Shown: piece by piece, positions 1 to 14,575 of the stretch
How positions within the stretch are numbered: the first letter of the stretch is position 1
Layout of the letters: every line of letters begins with the position of its first letter
Source of the DNA: Psilocybe cubensis
Lineage: Eukaryota
Assembly: GCA_017499595.2 (NCBI GenBank)
Contig: CM039005.1
Coordinates: forward strand, 3,224,001 to 3,288,000
Length of the DNA stretch: 64,000 nt
Direction: 5' to 3'
Notes under the pieces: generated by a model
Told to the model about the DNA's origin: nothing
The model's input: the letters and a program-made list of their open reading frames with translations, nothing else
Databases searched by the model: none
Translations under genes and position numbers: made by a program

Positions 1-3000
1 GTAATCATCCCACTCCCCGGGCACTCCATGCTACTCCCTACGCTCAACATGCCACCCATTCTCCGGAGTGGCAACTGGCAAATACACAAGACATTGAATC
101 TTATATGGCCGACCGCACGATGAGGAGAGGCTCAAAGATGCAATCCGGCAGGGATGTTGGCACTCGTCATCCCAGTGTCGGGCCCCAGATGAATGTATTC
201 CCGGACATCACTAACTGGTAAGTACATCTCACATTTTCCCTATCTTTACTGACTACGCTTCAGAATCTTCTGCTCTTGTTACCGCTCTCTTGGCTCTCCT
301 TTACTGTCAACGTCTTGGTATCTCTTGGCTCTCACCTCTCTCGTGCTCGTTTTGGACTCCTAGGCAACTACTGTGACTTTGGCTGACTCTTCGAAGAAAA
401 AATCGTGTAATTATACTTGGCTTTCATTCTGCGTCTTAGGTTATGTGTACCTGCTGCCTGTGTACTTGTATTTGTGCTTTGATTAATGGAACTTTTGTTT
501 TTTTGTTGCATCTCACTGTGCGATTACCGGAAGTGGTGGCGAGGAATGAGGTTCAAAAGGAAAATGGCATTGTGAGAGCCACAAACATTTTTGGGGCTCT
601 CAAATGTTGCTGAAATGATTTCGGCACTCTTAAATGTTGCCCAAATGATTTGGGAATTCTCAAATTTTAGCGAAAGGATTAGATTCAAACATTCCATGCC
701 TTTTATATATCCAAGTCTCTCGTTAATCAAAATAAAAGGCCATTTGGGCCTTGGGGCATTTGGACGCCTCCAAATGCCTTGACAAGGCATTTGGGGATCT
801 TGTCACTTTTGCTGATGTGAAACACGGAATGCTAAAGTCCTTGCACTGTGCACTGCTCTCATTATCATGTCACATTTCTCAAGTCAAAGACACTACTTAG
901 CAATACCCAGGACGTTAGGTCAAAAAAAGACAAAAACAGTGCCAGTTATTGGCATTTGGCTTGGGAGTGAGTACGGATGTGCGTTGAGTCCGTCGCATCG
1001 CTAACGCGAGCGTGACACTGATGTGTCAGAGTTGGACGCAGCAGCTGAAGTACTTTGAGCCTAATTTCGATGGTTCTAAAAGTTTTAAGGAAGTTTCAAT
1101 ATCAGTCGTGAGAGCAGGTGTACGCTATGTGTTGGTTGCTTGATCATGCCGAACATTGATAACGAAGTGTGGAAGCATCGATATCTGTGATAAGAAAGAA
1201 ACTAAGCAAAGAAAAACTGACGCGGACAAAATCCACTTCCCTTGACTCAAAGTTACACCTGCAATGACTGCTGCGCGCCCCAGCTCAAAGGGCTGCTCGT
1301 TGACTGGTTTACCAATCATAGGTGTGGGTATGTTATCTGCCATGTTATCTGCCCGGCAGAATCCGAGCTTACTCTTTTCACACTTTTCACCATAAAACCT
1401 TGAGTGAACTGCAATAAAAAAAAATGTATTCAAGTATGTACAGGATGTGTATACACATAAGTGCCTTTAAAATTTGAGTAAGTGCTGTCGAATCAGTAGA
1501 ATACGTATGGATGTTATCTGCCACCCCCAATGTTATCTGCCAGCCGAGGTGCCGCAACACAGCCACATTTGCGCACTTCCGTATTCAATTCACGCTCGAC
1601 GGGCATCCTGGTTTGATTTTTTGAGGCTCTTTGAGTGATATTCTAGATCACATATAAAGTAAATAATGCCCAGGTAGAAAATATCAGACAAATTTAGAGT
1701 ACAGACAAAGTAAAAGGTACATGTTTACATGGACCATTTCTCGGACGCGCGTCAGCGCGAAATTTGCTTCTCGTTTCACACGGTATTTTACAAAATTTAT
1801 GTTTGTGACAATCCGTACATATTCTCGAGTACTTTCAAGTAATTTCTCTTCAAAATTTTGACAAAAATAAAGCATCGTGAGTCTCTCTCTTTTTCTCTCC
1901 ATTTTTTGGTCATTTCCCGTTTGGGACACCCACTCCTATGAACGGAAAACCCGTTGACTCTGCGCAGCCTGTGGGCAGCGGCAACACGTGCATGGAGTCC
2001 AGACCGCGGTCTGTTGTCCTATCACCCCGAAAGTAAACAAAGCACCCATCCTCACGCGAGTGTTTCTCCTCACTCAGTTTTCTTCATTCCTGTGTTTTTA
2101 CATCGTGCATCCTGTACGCCCCCCCTTTCCGAGAAAGGTGTCTTTGTTAAAGACGGTGAGGAAGAAGCTACAGACGAGGCGAGATGTGGACAGGCTCCTG
2201 CATTCTGACCACACACTGTAAACGACGACGCAATACACACACACCGCATATACTTACAACCAACGGCTCTTCTCGCACGCATTATACCCTCCCATTGGTT
2301 CTTTTTTACCTCTAGTAACGACGGCATCTGAGCGCTGACAGGGTTCTCACGGAAATGGACACGGAGGAAAGAGAAGAGCAGGGATAAGGATGGATTTGCA
2401 GGCGGCCGAGCTCATACGGTGGACTTGGTGCGCAGATAACGGAGGGACTGGAAAGTGCATTGCGCTATGCGAATGTGTCGCGGGGAGTCTAGACAATCTC
2501 ACCTTATTATGTTTTTGAAGGTGCGTATTGACCTCTTTCGTGGTACACCTTGGTTTGCTTTTGTGGTACCACCGTCCTCATGTTCTTTTGCAGTACGCTT
2601 TCGTGGGACAGCTCTTTGTGACGGTACTCAGAGTGTATTTGGCGCTCAACGTCCTCGTATCTTTCACCCTTCCCATTTCCAGGTTGAAACATTCACAACG
2701 ACAACCCACATATCATTGACAAGATTCCGAAGCCCTATCCACACGCAGCGATACTATTAAAGCCGTCTTTGGTGGCTTCACAGGTACACATGTCCGCATC
2801 CTCACACGGTTCAAGCGGCCAATAATGTTCAATCGTGCGAGCATTGGGAGTAAATCTCCCTCGTTGTGTTCTTCTGGGAGGGGGGAGTCTGACGCCTGGA
2901 GCTGGCACGCCTGCATGAAATGTAGGGGGAGGATTCTCGGGATCAAGATCAAGACGGGCCCGTCCCTGCACCGGAACCGAGCGAGTACAAGCTCTGGCTA

Positions 3001-4222
3001 TGGCTCTGGAGACTGGACCCCATCCAAGATGGCGTTAACGCTCTACAACCGGGTCGATGTCAGTGTCTGATTAGACGCTGTGAGTTATGTTTCTGCTTTT
3101 GAATGCTTTCGATGTCGATTGTAGTGTTACCATCAGGGTCTGGATCGATTTTGGGCGGCATTGGGAACTGGGTGTAGTGTTGTTTAGGTGAGGCTACGGG
3201 TCCAACATGTATGGATGTCATTTCATTCTGTCCTGCAACTCGGTATGACTCCCCGGCTCCGTGGTAATCCTCCCGTACATCCTCTCATTTTTCCCTCACT
3301 CTCCACCTTTTATCATGCTTTCCCCTGGATGTCAATACTTTTGATACGCGACCTTTTAAATCACTAAACCACTGCGCATAGCATGCGACGTCCACATGCC
3401 CCATGTTTTCATCCCATCTGAATCTGCCCCTTTCTTCTCATGGCGTCTCGTTTCTCGCCCAATCGAATTTGACCTGCCAGGCCGCATATACGCTCAGGCC
3501 TTCTTGTGCTGTGGACTTCACGGATTTCCGCATGCCGAGACCAATTCATTCCCCTCGCTTCCCGTTTGCCATCCACAAAACTCTCCCAACGCCTACAGTC
3601 ACTCTATCGTGCCATTTGACACCATGTTTGCCAACACGCGCAACCATCCTTAGACTTCTAACCTACCTTTGCCCGCCCGCTTTGCGACGCTCTCATTATA
3701 TATAAGTAGGCCTGTTTATAATCTTGGATTTGATTGTCTATTCATAGGACGACCGATTGTGGGATCCTCACTCGGATGGATCGGTCATTTACACCCGAGA
3801 TTCTCAAAGACACACGTCGATGAATTTCTATCGTCGTTGTTTCCGGGCATCGAGCCGTTCAGGGATCATGGGCAGACCATGTACGTTTCTGTAAACTGCT
3901 GGGAAGAATATTGCTCGTTGTTGTAGGTGTAATGTGGTCTCCAATCTGAGATTGTGTCGGCATATTTGCACACATTGACCGAGCTAAAGGGCCGTACGAT
4001 TTGATTCAGAGGTAAGATACTTGAGCATTTATACCTCCGTGCAATCGGGAGTCCGACTGGTTGATAGATGATTCTTGTAAGGTAAAATTTGCAACATGAA
4101 ATTCAAGTTCTGGAACGAGATAAATACGAGGGGCCAGGGAGTCGAAATCTGGTAGTACATGGAGTTGTATGTGTACAACATTGGGCGGTGGAAGCGATAT
4201 GTCAGGCGGTGCTCTGACCAAC

Positions 4223-5548
4223 CTAATTCCCTTCGCGGCGCTGCTCTATTATTTGGTCCGTAACGAGGGGCAGGTTAGCCTCGCCACCCTCGTCACGAGC
4301 AGAGGATTCCCCTTTCGGACTGGTAACATCTATACCACTGAGAACATCGCCGTTCTGGTTAGATTTCTCAAAGTTAATGCCGGATATGTGTGCCACAGTG
4401 CTGGACTCGACTGTGTCGCTCGTGTCTACGAGTGCAAGGCGTAAAACCATTACTGTTGGCGCAAGTCCCTGACCAAATGCAGTTAAAATTTAGGTAGCAC
4501 CACTTGAAATATTAGTGCACCACATACGGAGGTAATGTTTAATGTTAATCCAATATATTCAGTCACTTCGCTCCATATGGATTCAAAATCGGAGAAAGCA
4601 GGGATAGTACCCGCCAAAGTCTGAAGAAGGAGACATAGCGAATAGACCATAGACGATTCAACAATTGTGGTGATGATGTGCATGTATCTTGTACGTGATC
4701 GGCCACTTGTCCTCGACACAGGGTAGATTCGATATGCAATTAGGAATGTCGCAGTGACTGTGGTGAATAAACTCGTAAAGGTGGAGGCCGACCCCATATG
4801 GTTGAGTAGAGCTGCCCTTGCAGAGTCCGTAATTTGTGGCGAAGTGCAATAGAGCAAAATGAAAGTGATTGTTGTGGCTGAGCAGCTAGCGTCATTGACA
4901 CTGGGACGTTTGACAAGTGAATATGACAACCCTTACCACATTCTGCAAAGAATACTAGAAGTGGTATAGAAATGACACGTATAGATTCGCCCCATGCGTG
5001 GTAACATCTCCAAATCTGTTATAAGTAAGTACGTAGTGAACCAGACCGGGTTTTAAAGCATTACAAACCAGAAGTCCATCCGACAGAACAGGCAGAAGAA
5101 CATCAAGCACGGTGAACAATACTGAGATCCAGTACGGAGTATCCAACGGAGCGAAGAAAATTGAAAGTTTGCTGTCTGCGTCGGTTGTAAGGGAATGGAC
5201 AAGAAAGTACCAATCAAAGATGAGGTTCAGCAAATTTATCCAATAGAGTGCCGATATTGTTGCCAACACCGTGATACTACTGGGTCCCCTGTTTGTCGAT
5301 GACTTTGACCCTGGTGTAAATTTTAGTGTTATTTGTTGTTCTTCAAATTCAAACTACTTACTGCAGACATGCATGGTGACTCCGTACACCATTGTATATA
5401 TCCCTAACCCATATCAGTTACCACTTTATGGTTTGTGCTTGGCCCAACTCCTACCCATCAGGCAGCTTTCGAGCAATACGGAATCAAGGTTTCCTCTAAT
5501 TGTATAGTTTTCAACATTGGTTGGAAGGTCTATATCGGGAATGGACAT
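4223..5548 (-). CDS. Multi-exon integral membrane protein of an uncharacterised Agaricomycete multi-TM family
   Basis: ORFs 4955-5269, 4483-4929 and 4223-4450 join through GT..AG introns into a hydrophobic protein: MSIPDIDLPT.. (ATG 5548), ..LSDGLL/IWRCYHAWG.., ..IVESSMVYS.., ..GLAPTVMVLRLAL.. and a Ser/Thr-rich tail. Exon borders are approximate. Confidence 0.7.
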
Positions 5549-8500
5549 AATGGTAAAATCCTTTGTATGCGGCGATAATCGTCGAGAATCGCTCAATATT
5601 TATACGAATTGAATCGGTTGCTAGGTAAGTCAGGAAGTTTTATTATTATCATGACGTCTCGTTCTCGATGTAAGTTCCGTCTCAGATTGTTGGAATTTCG
5701 CATCTCTGATACGCACTCCACCGAACGGTATTCTTTTCAGTGGTTTTTGATCAATTCCATTCCAATTAATCTTTCTCTCACCCTCTCGGATTGGATTATC
5801 AAAAAGCCAGCCCAGGTTCCTTCTCAACTCGGATTACAAACTCCCATGAGAACATGCGCACATCATAGAGACTTGTTACATCACAGGACTGCCAAATGGT
5901 TCTATATCTTCACTAGCACGCAGTCGTTGACCGAGTCCTCTCTGATTCTAGTAAGGGGACTTTGTGTAATAGGTCTTGGTCTGAGTTTTTCCAGATTAAT
6001 GCTCAATTACCTATTGGTGCATTGTTCACCCTCAAATTTCAATGACTGGGACATCATCCGGGAACCTCTCTTTATGTACGGGATTCGCAGAATGTTCAAA
6101 GTAATACATATGGGACTTGACATTTTCAAAGTAGATTATATATGGGACTCAACATTTTATATCCGGAATAAATGTGCAATCCGGCAACCATGGCTCAAAG
6201 GTGGCATTCAATACTCATTAATGTCGTCTCTTTCACTTTGACGACTTTGTAGCAGAAGCATCTGCATGGGAACTTGCCATGTAGAGCAAGACCATGCGGT
6301 ATGGCTGTCCGTTTGCACATTTAATACCAAAGTATAAACTTCTTTCCCCATACATATAAATCACAATTTTTCTTGAACCCAACTACATACCTTGGTGTCC
6401 CGGTTATAGAGAGATAATTTCCGAGCATAGAAGAAATTATCCCGGTCATTGTATTTGCATGCCCTTCAGTTTGAATGGGAGCTGCACACATAAGGGTATG
6501 CTATCCATACATAAAAAACTCGGTACCATAGTCTGTGACCCTCTCCGCATGTACCTCAACTTTTGTCCGAAGATATAGAGTTGTCCAGATGAATATTATT
6601 TGTGCCGTCTGTGCCGTAGAGGCGTGGGAACTCGATTTTCGTCCCGCTTGCAGTGGCTTGCTACTTGTGAAGAAAGTAGGACAGTCATTACAAGATTATA
6701 AAATTAATCATGAGCATAAACACTCGTACATTAAAGTCACATAAGACTGAATATAGACTACTCCAATGCAATTTTCTGTCTGCAACCTCAACTTCGGCCT
6801 TTTTAAGCCTTAGCACGGCGACTGGGCTGGTCAAAGCACTCGTCTCAAACTATGAAGGCAAGCTACTTCTGTAATCAGCCTACACAGGAATATATTTACT
6901 GATTAATTGGATAAATGTGCATCTTTTTAATGTTCAATCAGCGTGTGTTGATAGGCATACAGGCAATGAACTGTAATTTGTGTCCACATTTGCCGAGATT
7001 TGCCGATTCTCACGATGTCTAGGCATGCACGGCATAGACAGAATGCCGAAAAATGACTGTATATCTTCGGGATGAAGAAAGGAAAGAACAATCATACGGG
7101 GAACCTTCAGATATAAGTAAGGCAACAAAATATGTATAAAAGGGAGTGTTTTCTCTATGTAAGGGATTGTAATTTGTACATGTGGGCACCAAAACTATAT
7201 GTATGGCACTCAAAGTTGTATCTGAGGATGCAACCTATGAATATATGGATACTGGATTTATATGTTCGGAAATGATCTCTCTATATCCAGGACATCAGAG
7301 TGTGTATATGGAATTGTGTATAATTGAGACTTCTATGTATGGGACAAAAAGTTTATTGATTGGTATTAAATGTGCAAACGGACAGCCATAATGCGGCTGT
7401 ATTCAGACTCCACATATAGAGCCTGAGACTCGTTGATAAGCATCCCATCACTCTCTGTGTATAGATATTCACGTGTGTGCAGAGATTCTCGCCCATTTAT
7501 TAATATTATTGGCTCTCACATATCGATATCGCGCGCCTGTGTGATGAGGAATGAAAATCCTCTCAAGACATCTTCGCGTTTACAAGGGACTGTGATGGCC
7601 TATTTGATATCCCAATTCAGAAATTAACATCAGAAGAGAGTTATCCTTCTCCGGGCGACACGTTACACTAGATCCCTATTTAAACGAGCATCCGTGGTGA
7701 TTAAAATGACAAAGAGGTCGAAATCAGGTACGTAATTACGATTGCGACCACTATTTATTTTGAGCTACGCTGGATTAGCGGTCTACTAATAGACATCGCA
7801 TGAGAATTGTCGGCCGCTGTACGACTCCCACTTTCAAATGTTTCAGCAATCTCCTCAATCAGCCATCAGAAATCAAGTAGGCCTTCCTCGCGACACGCAA
7901 GGGAGGAACAATTATACCTCAACGTGGTGCCATTCGTCATCCACGGGTGCGTGGGATGAACCTCTGGCTCCGTGAACTTGTAGAGTTGCTATCAACGCCA
8001 AATGTACCTGGGAGAATGAGAGAATGAGTACCTCCCCTCTTCTTTCTGTGAGAGGGTGACACTGATATTGGTTAATGTCAGACTCTGGAGCATCCAACGG
8101 TAGTGCGCGGTGAAAGGCACGGTTAATAGCAACCTTTGATCCGGACGTGCTAATGTCCGGAGTCTCAGCGTAGGTCCACGCAGTTTCGAGGTCTTCTTCG
8201 AGAGGGCTCCTGGAGCGGGATGTGCTGGAATTGGGTGGTAGTGATGAGGTATGCAGAGATGGAACCCCACAGGCGAAGCGCGTGCCTTTAGCAATGTCAG
8301 TCGTGTCTCCCTGGACCACCTAGACAGTGACCACACCCTCCTTCCCAACCTTCTCCGTAAGCTTAGCACTCAACCATGGTCCACGCGTCGCCGTCTGCAG
8401 AGATGCTCTCGACCAGCGCAGGTGTGGCTGTTGTTGTGATGGTGTTGGTGTTGGTATGAGATGAGAGGAAAGAGACAACGACAACACGGTGGACCGTGAC

Positions 8501-9185
8501 AGCACCTTGTAATCCGCGACACAGGCCCAAGTCTAACGTGCTGCGATGTCCTGGACACCGTTCGTGTAGGCGGGGATAGTGGCAGTCGGGAATCTCGTTT
8601 ACCTTTGAGGCGACGTCAGCAGCGTGGCGGCGAGTCCTTCAATCTCGTCGCTATTGGGCACTGTAACTAATAGGCACCTTGTTTTACCCTCGACCTCTCG
8701 TGGTAGGCAGGCGAGTCCACCTATCTATCGCATGGCGGCCTATGAACGCGGCAAGTTGGATGGACATGAGCTGCGACATCACATTGTCATGCTAATTCGA
8801 TGTTACACACCGTAACTTCCCCAGTCCTATACTCCTCCTTGTTGTGTGCGCCGTCAACTTGCTGACTGTGGGGTGTCTTCAGAACGAACGAACGAACACG
8901 CTGCCCTCACACCTCGAATCCTCGAATCCTCGAGCTCTCCAGACTCTATCGCATCGCATCGCCGTCACTGGGGTCCGGGGAGTCCGTCTGAATCTGGCGG
9001 CGAGTCGGATGCGCATGCTATGCGCCGTGCAGTCCCCTTCAGATTCAGAACACATAGTACAAGTACAATTTCACAAGTAGTACATCTATCTAACGTGAAT
9101 GTAACACACATATACAATATACAACACATTGCGTTTTCGTTCAGTCGTTCAGTCGTGTGACGTGGGGATGAAGTCGTGGTAAGTC

Positions 9186-9188
9186 ATG

Positions 9189-9220
<32 letters not shown>

Positions 9221-9251
9221 GATAATGAAGATGATAATGAAGATGAAGATG
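9186..9251. repeat. (GAT)n/(GAAGAT)n microsatellite downstream of the kinase gene
   Basis: Visible gatgatgatg...gaagatgaagat run. Confidence 0.85.
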
Positions 9252-9479
9252 TAAGAAGATTCGTGAAAAAAAAAAAAAAGAGGGAGAAAAACGAGGGTGA
9301 GGTAGATATACCAGAAATGAAAATGGCAGACGATCGAAGACGGAGATAGAGGCACAAACAACAAAGAAGAAAGAAGAAAGAGAATATCATGAGGTATCTC
9401 AAAAGCCCATATAACACAACATCGAAAAATAAAAGAAAAGAAAAGAAAAAAACCAAAAAGAAAAGAAACGTCGGTCCCT

Positions 9480-12400
9480 TCACGATCTCAACAACGCTTT
9501 CCTCGCCTCCTCACTCGCCTTGCGCGCACTCGCCAACGAAGGCCGCGCACCCTCCCCCATCCCTTGCCCAGGTTCGGGCACAGCAGGCGGGAAACTCACT
9601 CCACCCTCCGCGCCCTCCTCGTCCATTAAAGGCGATCCCAGCCCCGCTCCCGCTCCTGCACTTCTCGTCCGCCCGGCGCTATTCGCAGCCGCCACCGCGC
9701 GCAACAGTAGCCCGCTGCTACCCCGCCGCTTCGTTTTGCTCGAGCTCTCCGCAGCAGCAGCAGCAGCAGAAGCAGACGTCGTGTGTTGATTGCTCGCGCT
9801 TCCACTCCCAGATGCACTCCCACTCCCGCTCCCATTAGAGCCCACAACAGGATACGACTGTGTCCTCCCCATCGTCCGCTTGATAAACGGGCTCGGGAGA
9901 TTGTCCTCGTCTGCGAGATCATACACGGGTGCGGGCGGAAGGGGCACACGGCCAGCTGCTGCTGCTGCATGCGCCGCCGCGCGCGCAGCGGCCAGGTTCG
10001 ATCCCGAGCGAGACGGGCGCAGGTGCGGGTGGGGCAGTGGCTTAGGATTCTGTTTCTGTTTCTGTTTCTGTTTTCCATTCGTATTCGTATTCGTATTCGT
10101 ATTCGTATTCGCGTTGGAGGTGGCCGCGTTCCCGTTCCCATGCGTGGCCGTATGACTCGAGTTCGAGTGCGAGTTCCCCGACGACGAATCCGAACTCGAC
10201 GACGACGACGACGCAGTCGAAGGCGGGAATCCACTCGTCCTGGCAGGCGCTGACCGTGCGGACGTCCGAATCGACGGCCTGCGTATCCTCGTCGGGGGCG
10301 GAGGAGCTGATGACATCCCGTTCATGTCCCTTTTCTCCCTCTCCCTTTCCCTCTCCTTCCGCGCACTCGGGCTGGGTGGAGGACTATCCAGCTCTTCATC
10401 GTCATATTGCATTGTGACTCTTTGCTGCTGCTGGCTCTGTTGTGACTGACATGTCGTGGTCTGCTTCAACTGCGGTTGCGGTATTTGACTTTGACTCTGC
10501 CCCTGCCCCTGCTGCCCACTGCTGCTGCTGCCACCTCCACTTCCACCTCCCTCATCCCGCGAAAAGATCTTGCCAAAGTCCAAACCCACCTTCGGCGAGC
10601 GTGCAAACAAGCTGACAAGTTCTGCAGGCGACGGCGTAGCAAGCGTTTCTCCTGTAGAAGTCAGCACCACGCCCTTCATCGCAGATACTGGCATAAAATC
10701 TGCAGAATAGATCGCGAATGGACGGGAAGCCGTGGGCGTCTCGAGCGCCGCGGCGGTGTTTGCGCTTGCAGTTGCGTCATTCGACGAGGACGAAGAGGTG
10801 GAGGAGGAGGATGTGCTGGAGTTCGAAGCAGAGTGTTGATGTGATGATGACGTTGTTGTTTTATTGCCGTTGGCACGGGGAGTGGGTTGAGGATCGAGTT
10901 TCCGTCGCCGCGGTTGCGAAGGTGTAACCTGCGCCAGAACGTTCATGACCTCCTCCAGCGGGTTCTTATCCTTGCGGCCCTTTCCAACACCCGCCTCAGC
11001 GCGTCTCCTAGCCTCCTCCACCTCCCTCCTGACCCCCTCGATCCTCCTCTCTTCCTCCCTCAGCACCCTCTCCCTTTCAACAACCCACCGCACCCGCTCA
11101 TCCACCTCCCGCCGCACCGCCTCCTCTCTCGCCACACACGCACGGTCAATCTCGCTCTCTCGCGCACGGACAGCATCCATAATTTCCTCCTCCCTCTTCG
11201 CAATTGCCGCAGCGACCTCCTCCTCTCGCTTCATCACCAACACCCTTAGCTCCTCCTCCCTCCGCCCGACTGCCTGCTTTGCTGCGTGCTCGAGATCGTG
11301 CCGCGTGTACTGGTACGCCCCCTGTGCCTGTGCTGTAGTGGATGTGAGCTGCGACTGCAGCTGCGAGACAGCATGTTGCAGTTGCGCGATTTCGTGGTCT
11401 TTGGCGGTGAGGACGGCGGCGAGACGGTGTTCGCGCGCGAGAACGTCGCGTTCTTTCGCGGTCACCGCTGCGCGGTGGGCTTTCACCGTCGCGAGCCTGT
11501 GGTGTATGTACGTGATTGTGATTGTGAGTGAGCGTGAGAGAAGAAGGGAAGAGTTGGGGGGTGAACACGCACATCTTTTCGGCCTCTGAGACCTTGTTCA
11601 CGAGCTCGAGGCGTTCGTGTTGGAGGAGCTGCGCGGCGGAAGGACGCATGGCGGGCTAAATACATTGTATACGTTAATTAAAGACGTGGTGAGAGGATGT
11701 CGACATGGCACTTGCGTTAAGATTCAGCATCGACTTGATGACCGACGTAAGCGCCTGCGAGTATCCGCGGGGTAACGGTGGGATCCGCCCGTTGCTATGC
11801 ACGCGTACAAGGTAAATATACATGTTGGACGGGAGATAGTGAGATGGAATGTGGGGGTGTAGGTAGAGATGATCTCACCGGATGAATATGCTCAGTTCGG
11901 AGTGGGTTTTGGCTTCGTGGAAGGGTGGTTTGAGCGCGCAGAGCTCGTATATGAGGCAGCCCAGAGACCAGATGTCGGATTTTGAGTCGTATGCCTTTTC
12001 TTGCATGAGTTCGGGGGACATGTAATACGGTGTCTGGAGATCGGTGGGATAGTGGATGTGATGGGGTGATAAGTTGGTGGGTAGAGGAATGGATGGGAAT
12101 CAGAATGCGCTCAGCGCTGAGTGCAGAGAGAGGAGGTTGGACAATATGGACTCACCCCAACATAAGTGCTAGCAAAACTCGCCTGTGCGAGTGCTTTCGA
12201 CAATCCAAAGTCTCCCAGCTTCACTGTATTGTTTTCGTCCAAGAAAACTGCAAGTAAAATACGACACATTAGCACGACCAAAGTTTAGCAACATCGGGGC
12301 ACAACACAACACACCATTGTCGGGTTTCAAATCTCGATGTAGAATTTGGACACGGCGCGAGGCGCCCTCTGCATCAAGCGAGGAACCGGAGCCGCTAGAG

Positions 12401-12930
12401 GAGCGTGTGTGTCCGTTTGGGTGGTGACAGTGGTGGAGTGCATGGAGGATTTGGAGGAAGTAGTGCCAGATGGTGTCTTCCGGGATCGGCCTATTCTGTT
12501 TCGCGGCCTGCTTGATGACGGCGGAGAGGTCGCCGCCGCCGCAGTATTCCATGAGGATGTAGAGTATTCCAGCGTCGCGGTCGACGTAACGGTCGTGGTA
12601 TCGCACAATGTGGTCGTGATGTAGGTCTTTGAGGATGTTTCTGTGTGGTGTTAGTGTGAGCTGCGGGTGGAAAGGAGATGCGAAAGATCCAAGGACGCAC
12701 ACTTCAGCAACTATTTGCTTCCTATCCCGCTCCGTCATCCTCTCAAAGTTCAGCTCTTTCCGCGCAAACAGCTCAAGGTGAATATATGAGCTGAAGAGTG
12801 GCCAATCATGCTAGGGTAAAAGACTCACCACACCGTCCGATTTCCGGCGCACTTTGCGGATGATTCCAAAGGATCCATTCCCAATAACGTCGAGGGGTTC
12901 ATAATTTGCAAGAAAGGAGGGGGAGGACAT
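9480..12930 (-). CDS. nimA: NIMA/NEK2-family Ser/Thr protein kinase, multi-exon, with a coiled coil and a low-complexity C-terminus
   Basis: Exons encode [80 protein letters not shown] and [10 protein letters not shown], then a coiled coil and the DEDNLPSPF motif (ORF 9480-11486). ATG at 12930. Confidence 0.92.
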
Positions 12931-14309
12931 GGGTCTAAGGGGATTAATGTAGCGCAGGTCTAACAAATCGTTGACTTTCTTTTTTGCCTTCTTCAACAGG
13001 CACGTGATCGCGGCGCGTCGCGACCGACCCTAAATGGCCTCTCCATCACTCCATTGTTCCCTTATCTCCTTTTGCCCCACTTCCACCATCTTCTGGCATC
13101 CATACACCCTCCGATTTATGCCCTCGGGAGACCGCCCACATGTCCCGCTCAAGCTGTGGTTAGCCCCTAATACAACAACTGTAATCTAATCTCCAACATG
13201 CTCCTCAAACCCGGTAACTAGCCTCGGATCGGACCTATTCATCCAACCGTCATGTAAAATTGCCGTTTTTATCTCCCCAGTCAACCAAAAAATACCATCT
13301 ATATGCGCACCAGATCCCCCACACCTTCCCCAAAACCGCCGCTCAGTGCGTCACTACACCCACTCATCTTCCCAGAATTCCCAAATACGAAATTGAACCT
13401 CTCTCAACGTCCACGCCAAGGTTCCCGCCCGCGGTATGAATCCCATACCGTTGCTATGCCATGCATATGTACATCCTCCAAAAATACCCCATTGTTCTGT
13501 CCATTCCCCGCACTCGGGGGAGATATACATCATACATTGTCCCATCTGATGTCTCTCAGCTCGCGGAATTTTTTCAGACGCTCAATCGGACCAACTTGTC
13601 TGGCTTTATTTGCTTTGGTTCGTTCGATTTCTGTCATTCACTCCCTGACTCTCGGAACTCGGTGAGATCTTCGCAGGACAGTCACGCATATATTTGCGCC
13701 TGCGGTGTGTATAAGACGTCATATACGCACAGTGCAGTCTTTTTTTGCTTGACCCTTCCTACTATCAGAATCCACGCATATATGACACACGCATACACAT
13801 TCTGATCGTGCCAACATGCCGGTGTTGCAGTCTACCTCACATCAATTTCATTCTCACTGGTGTTCTATCCTTTCCAGCCTAAACGCGCATGCACATACTG
13901 TTTTGAATTGGACACCTCAAGTCATCGAAAACTGTTTCCGCATGCTCCGACGTATGCTCGTATGATCAAGCCATCCAAGAACTACGCGCCTGCTATGATC
14001 TGCTTAAGCAACGTCCATCACTGACTACAACATTCAATCTCTCCTACGCAAGTGTTACAAAAAGATGGATCCTACTAGAACAAAAAACTGCAATGTGAGT
14101 TTGTGAATTCTTAGCATTCTTACTTTAGACGAGTCGTTAGGCATAGTTCTCAAAAAAATGAAAACAGGAACAGAGTCAATGTATACTATCAAACGTGTAC
14201 TAACAGAGGTATGTGGAATGTACGGCTCATTTAGCTCTCATCATGCGCTGAAAGTGTAACACAATTAGCATTGAAATGATCCATAAAAATAAAGATACAC
14301 ATACGGAAA

Positions 14310-14549
14310 TCAAGCACCGGTATGTACAAACATAACCCAGCGTTCCGGGGACGCCTTGTTCTTTCTCATTACCTTAATAGCAGAATACAGCGCCGCTGCC
14401 GAGTCTCTGAAGTTGATCTCTGTCCCATTGCGGAACATATAGTTGTAAAACTCCTTCGCAATGGTCGGCCCATCCTCATCGGCCATCTCCCACAGCGTCG
14501 CAACCACACTGCGGAATCCACAGAACTGCATTGCCGCCGATAGATGGAT
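14310..14549 (-). pseudogene. 3' remnant of a CHAT-domain (caspase-like peptidase) gene, 5' part replaced by telomeric repeats
   Basis: IHLSAAMQFCGFRSVVATLWEMADEDGPTIAKEFY...SAAALYSAIKVMR...PERWVMFVHTGA* matches the typical fungal CHAT C-terminus. The frame runs straight into TTTAGGG at 14549. Confidence 0.85.
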
Positions 14550-14575
14550 TTAGGGTTTAGGGTTTAGGGTTAGGG
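14549..14575 (+). repeat. Interstitial telomeric tract (TTTAGGG)n
   Basis: tttagggtttagggtttagggttaggg. Confidence 0.9.

Noticed and set aside
590-1960. Short repeats (~30-bp units at 600-670, TGTTATCTGCC x4 at 1331-1541) suggestive of transposon-end relics
   Set aside because: No terminal inverted repeats, TSD or coding remnant could be defined by eye.
5609-6241. 210-aa ORF (likewise 25466-26257 and its copies)
   Set aside because: No recognisable motifs or protein-like composition; probably spurious.
7912-8558. Cluster of minus-strand ORFs, possible small gene
   Set aside because: No consistent exon structure or domain could be supported.
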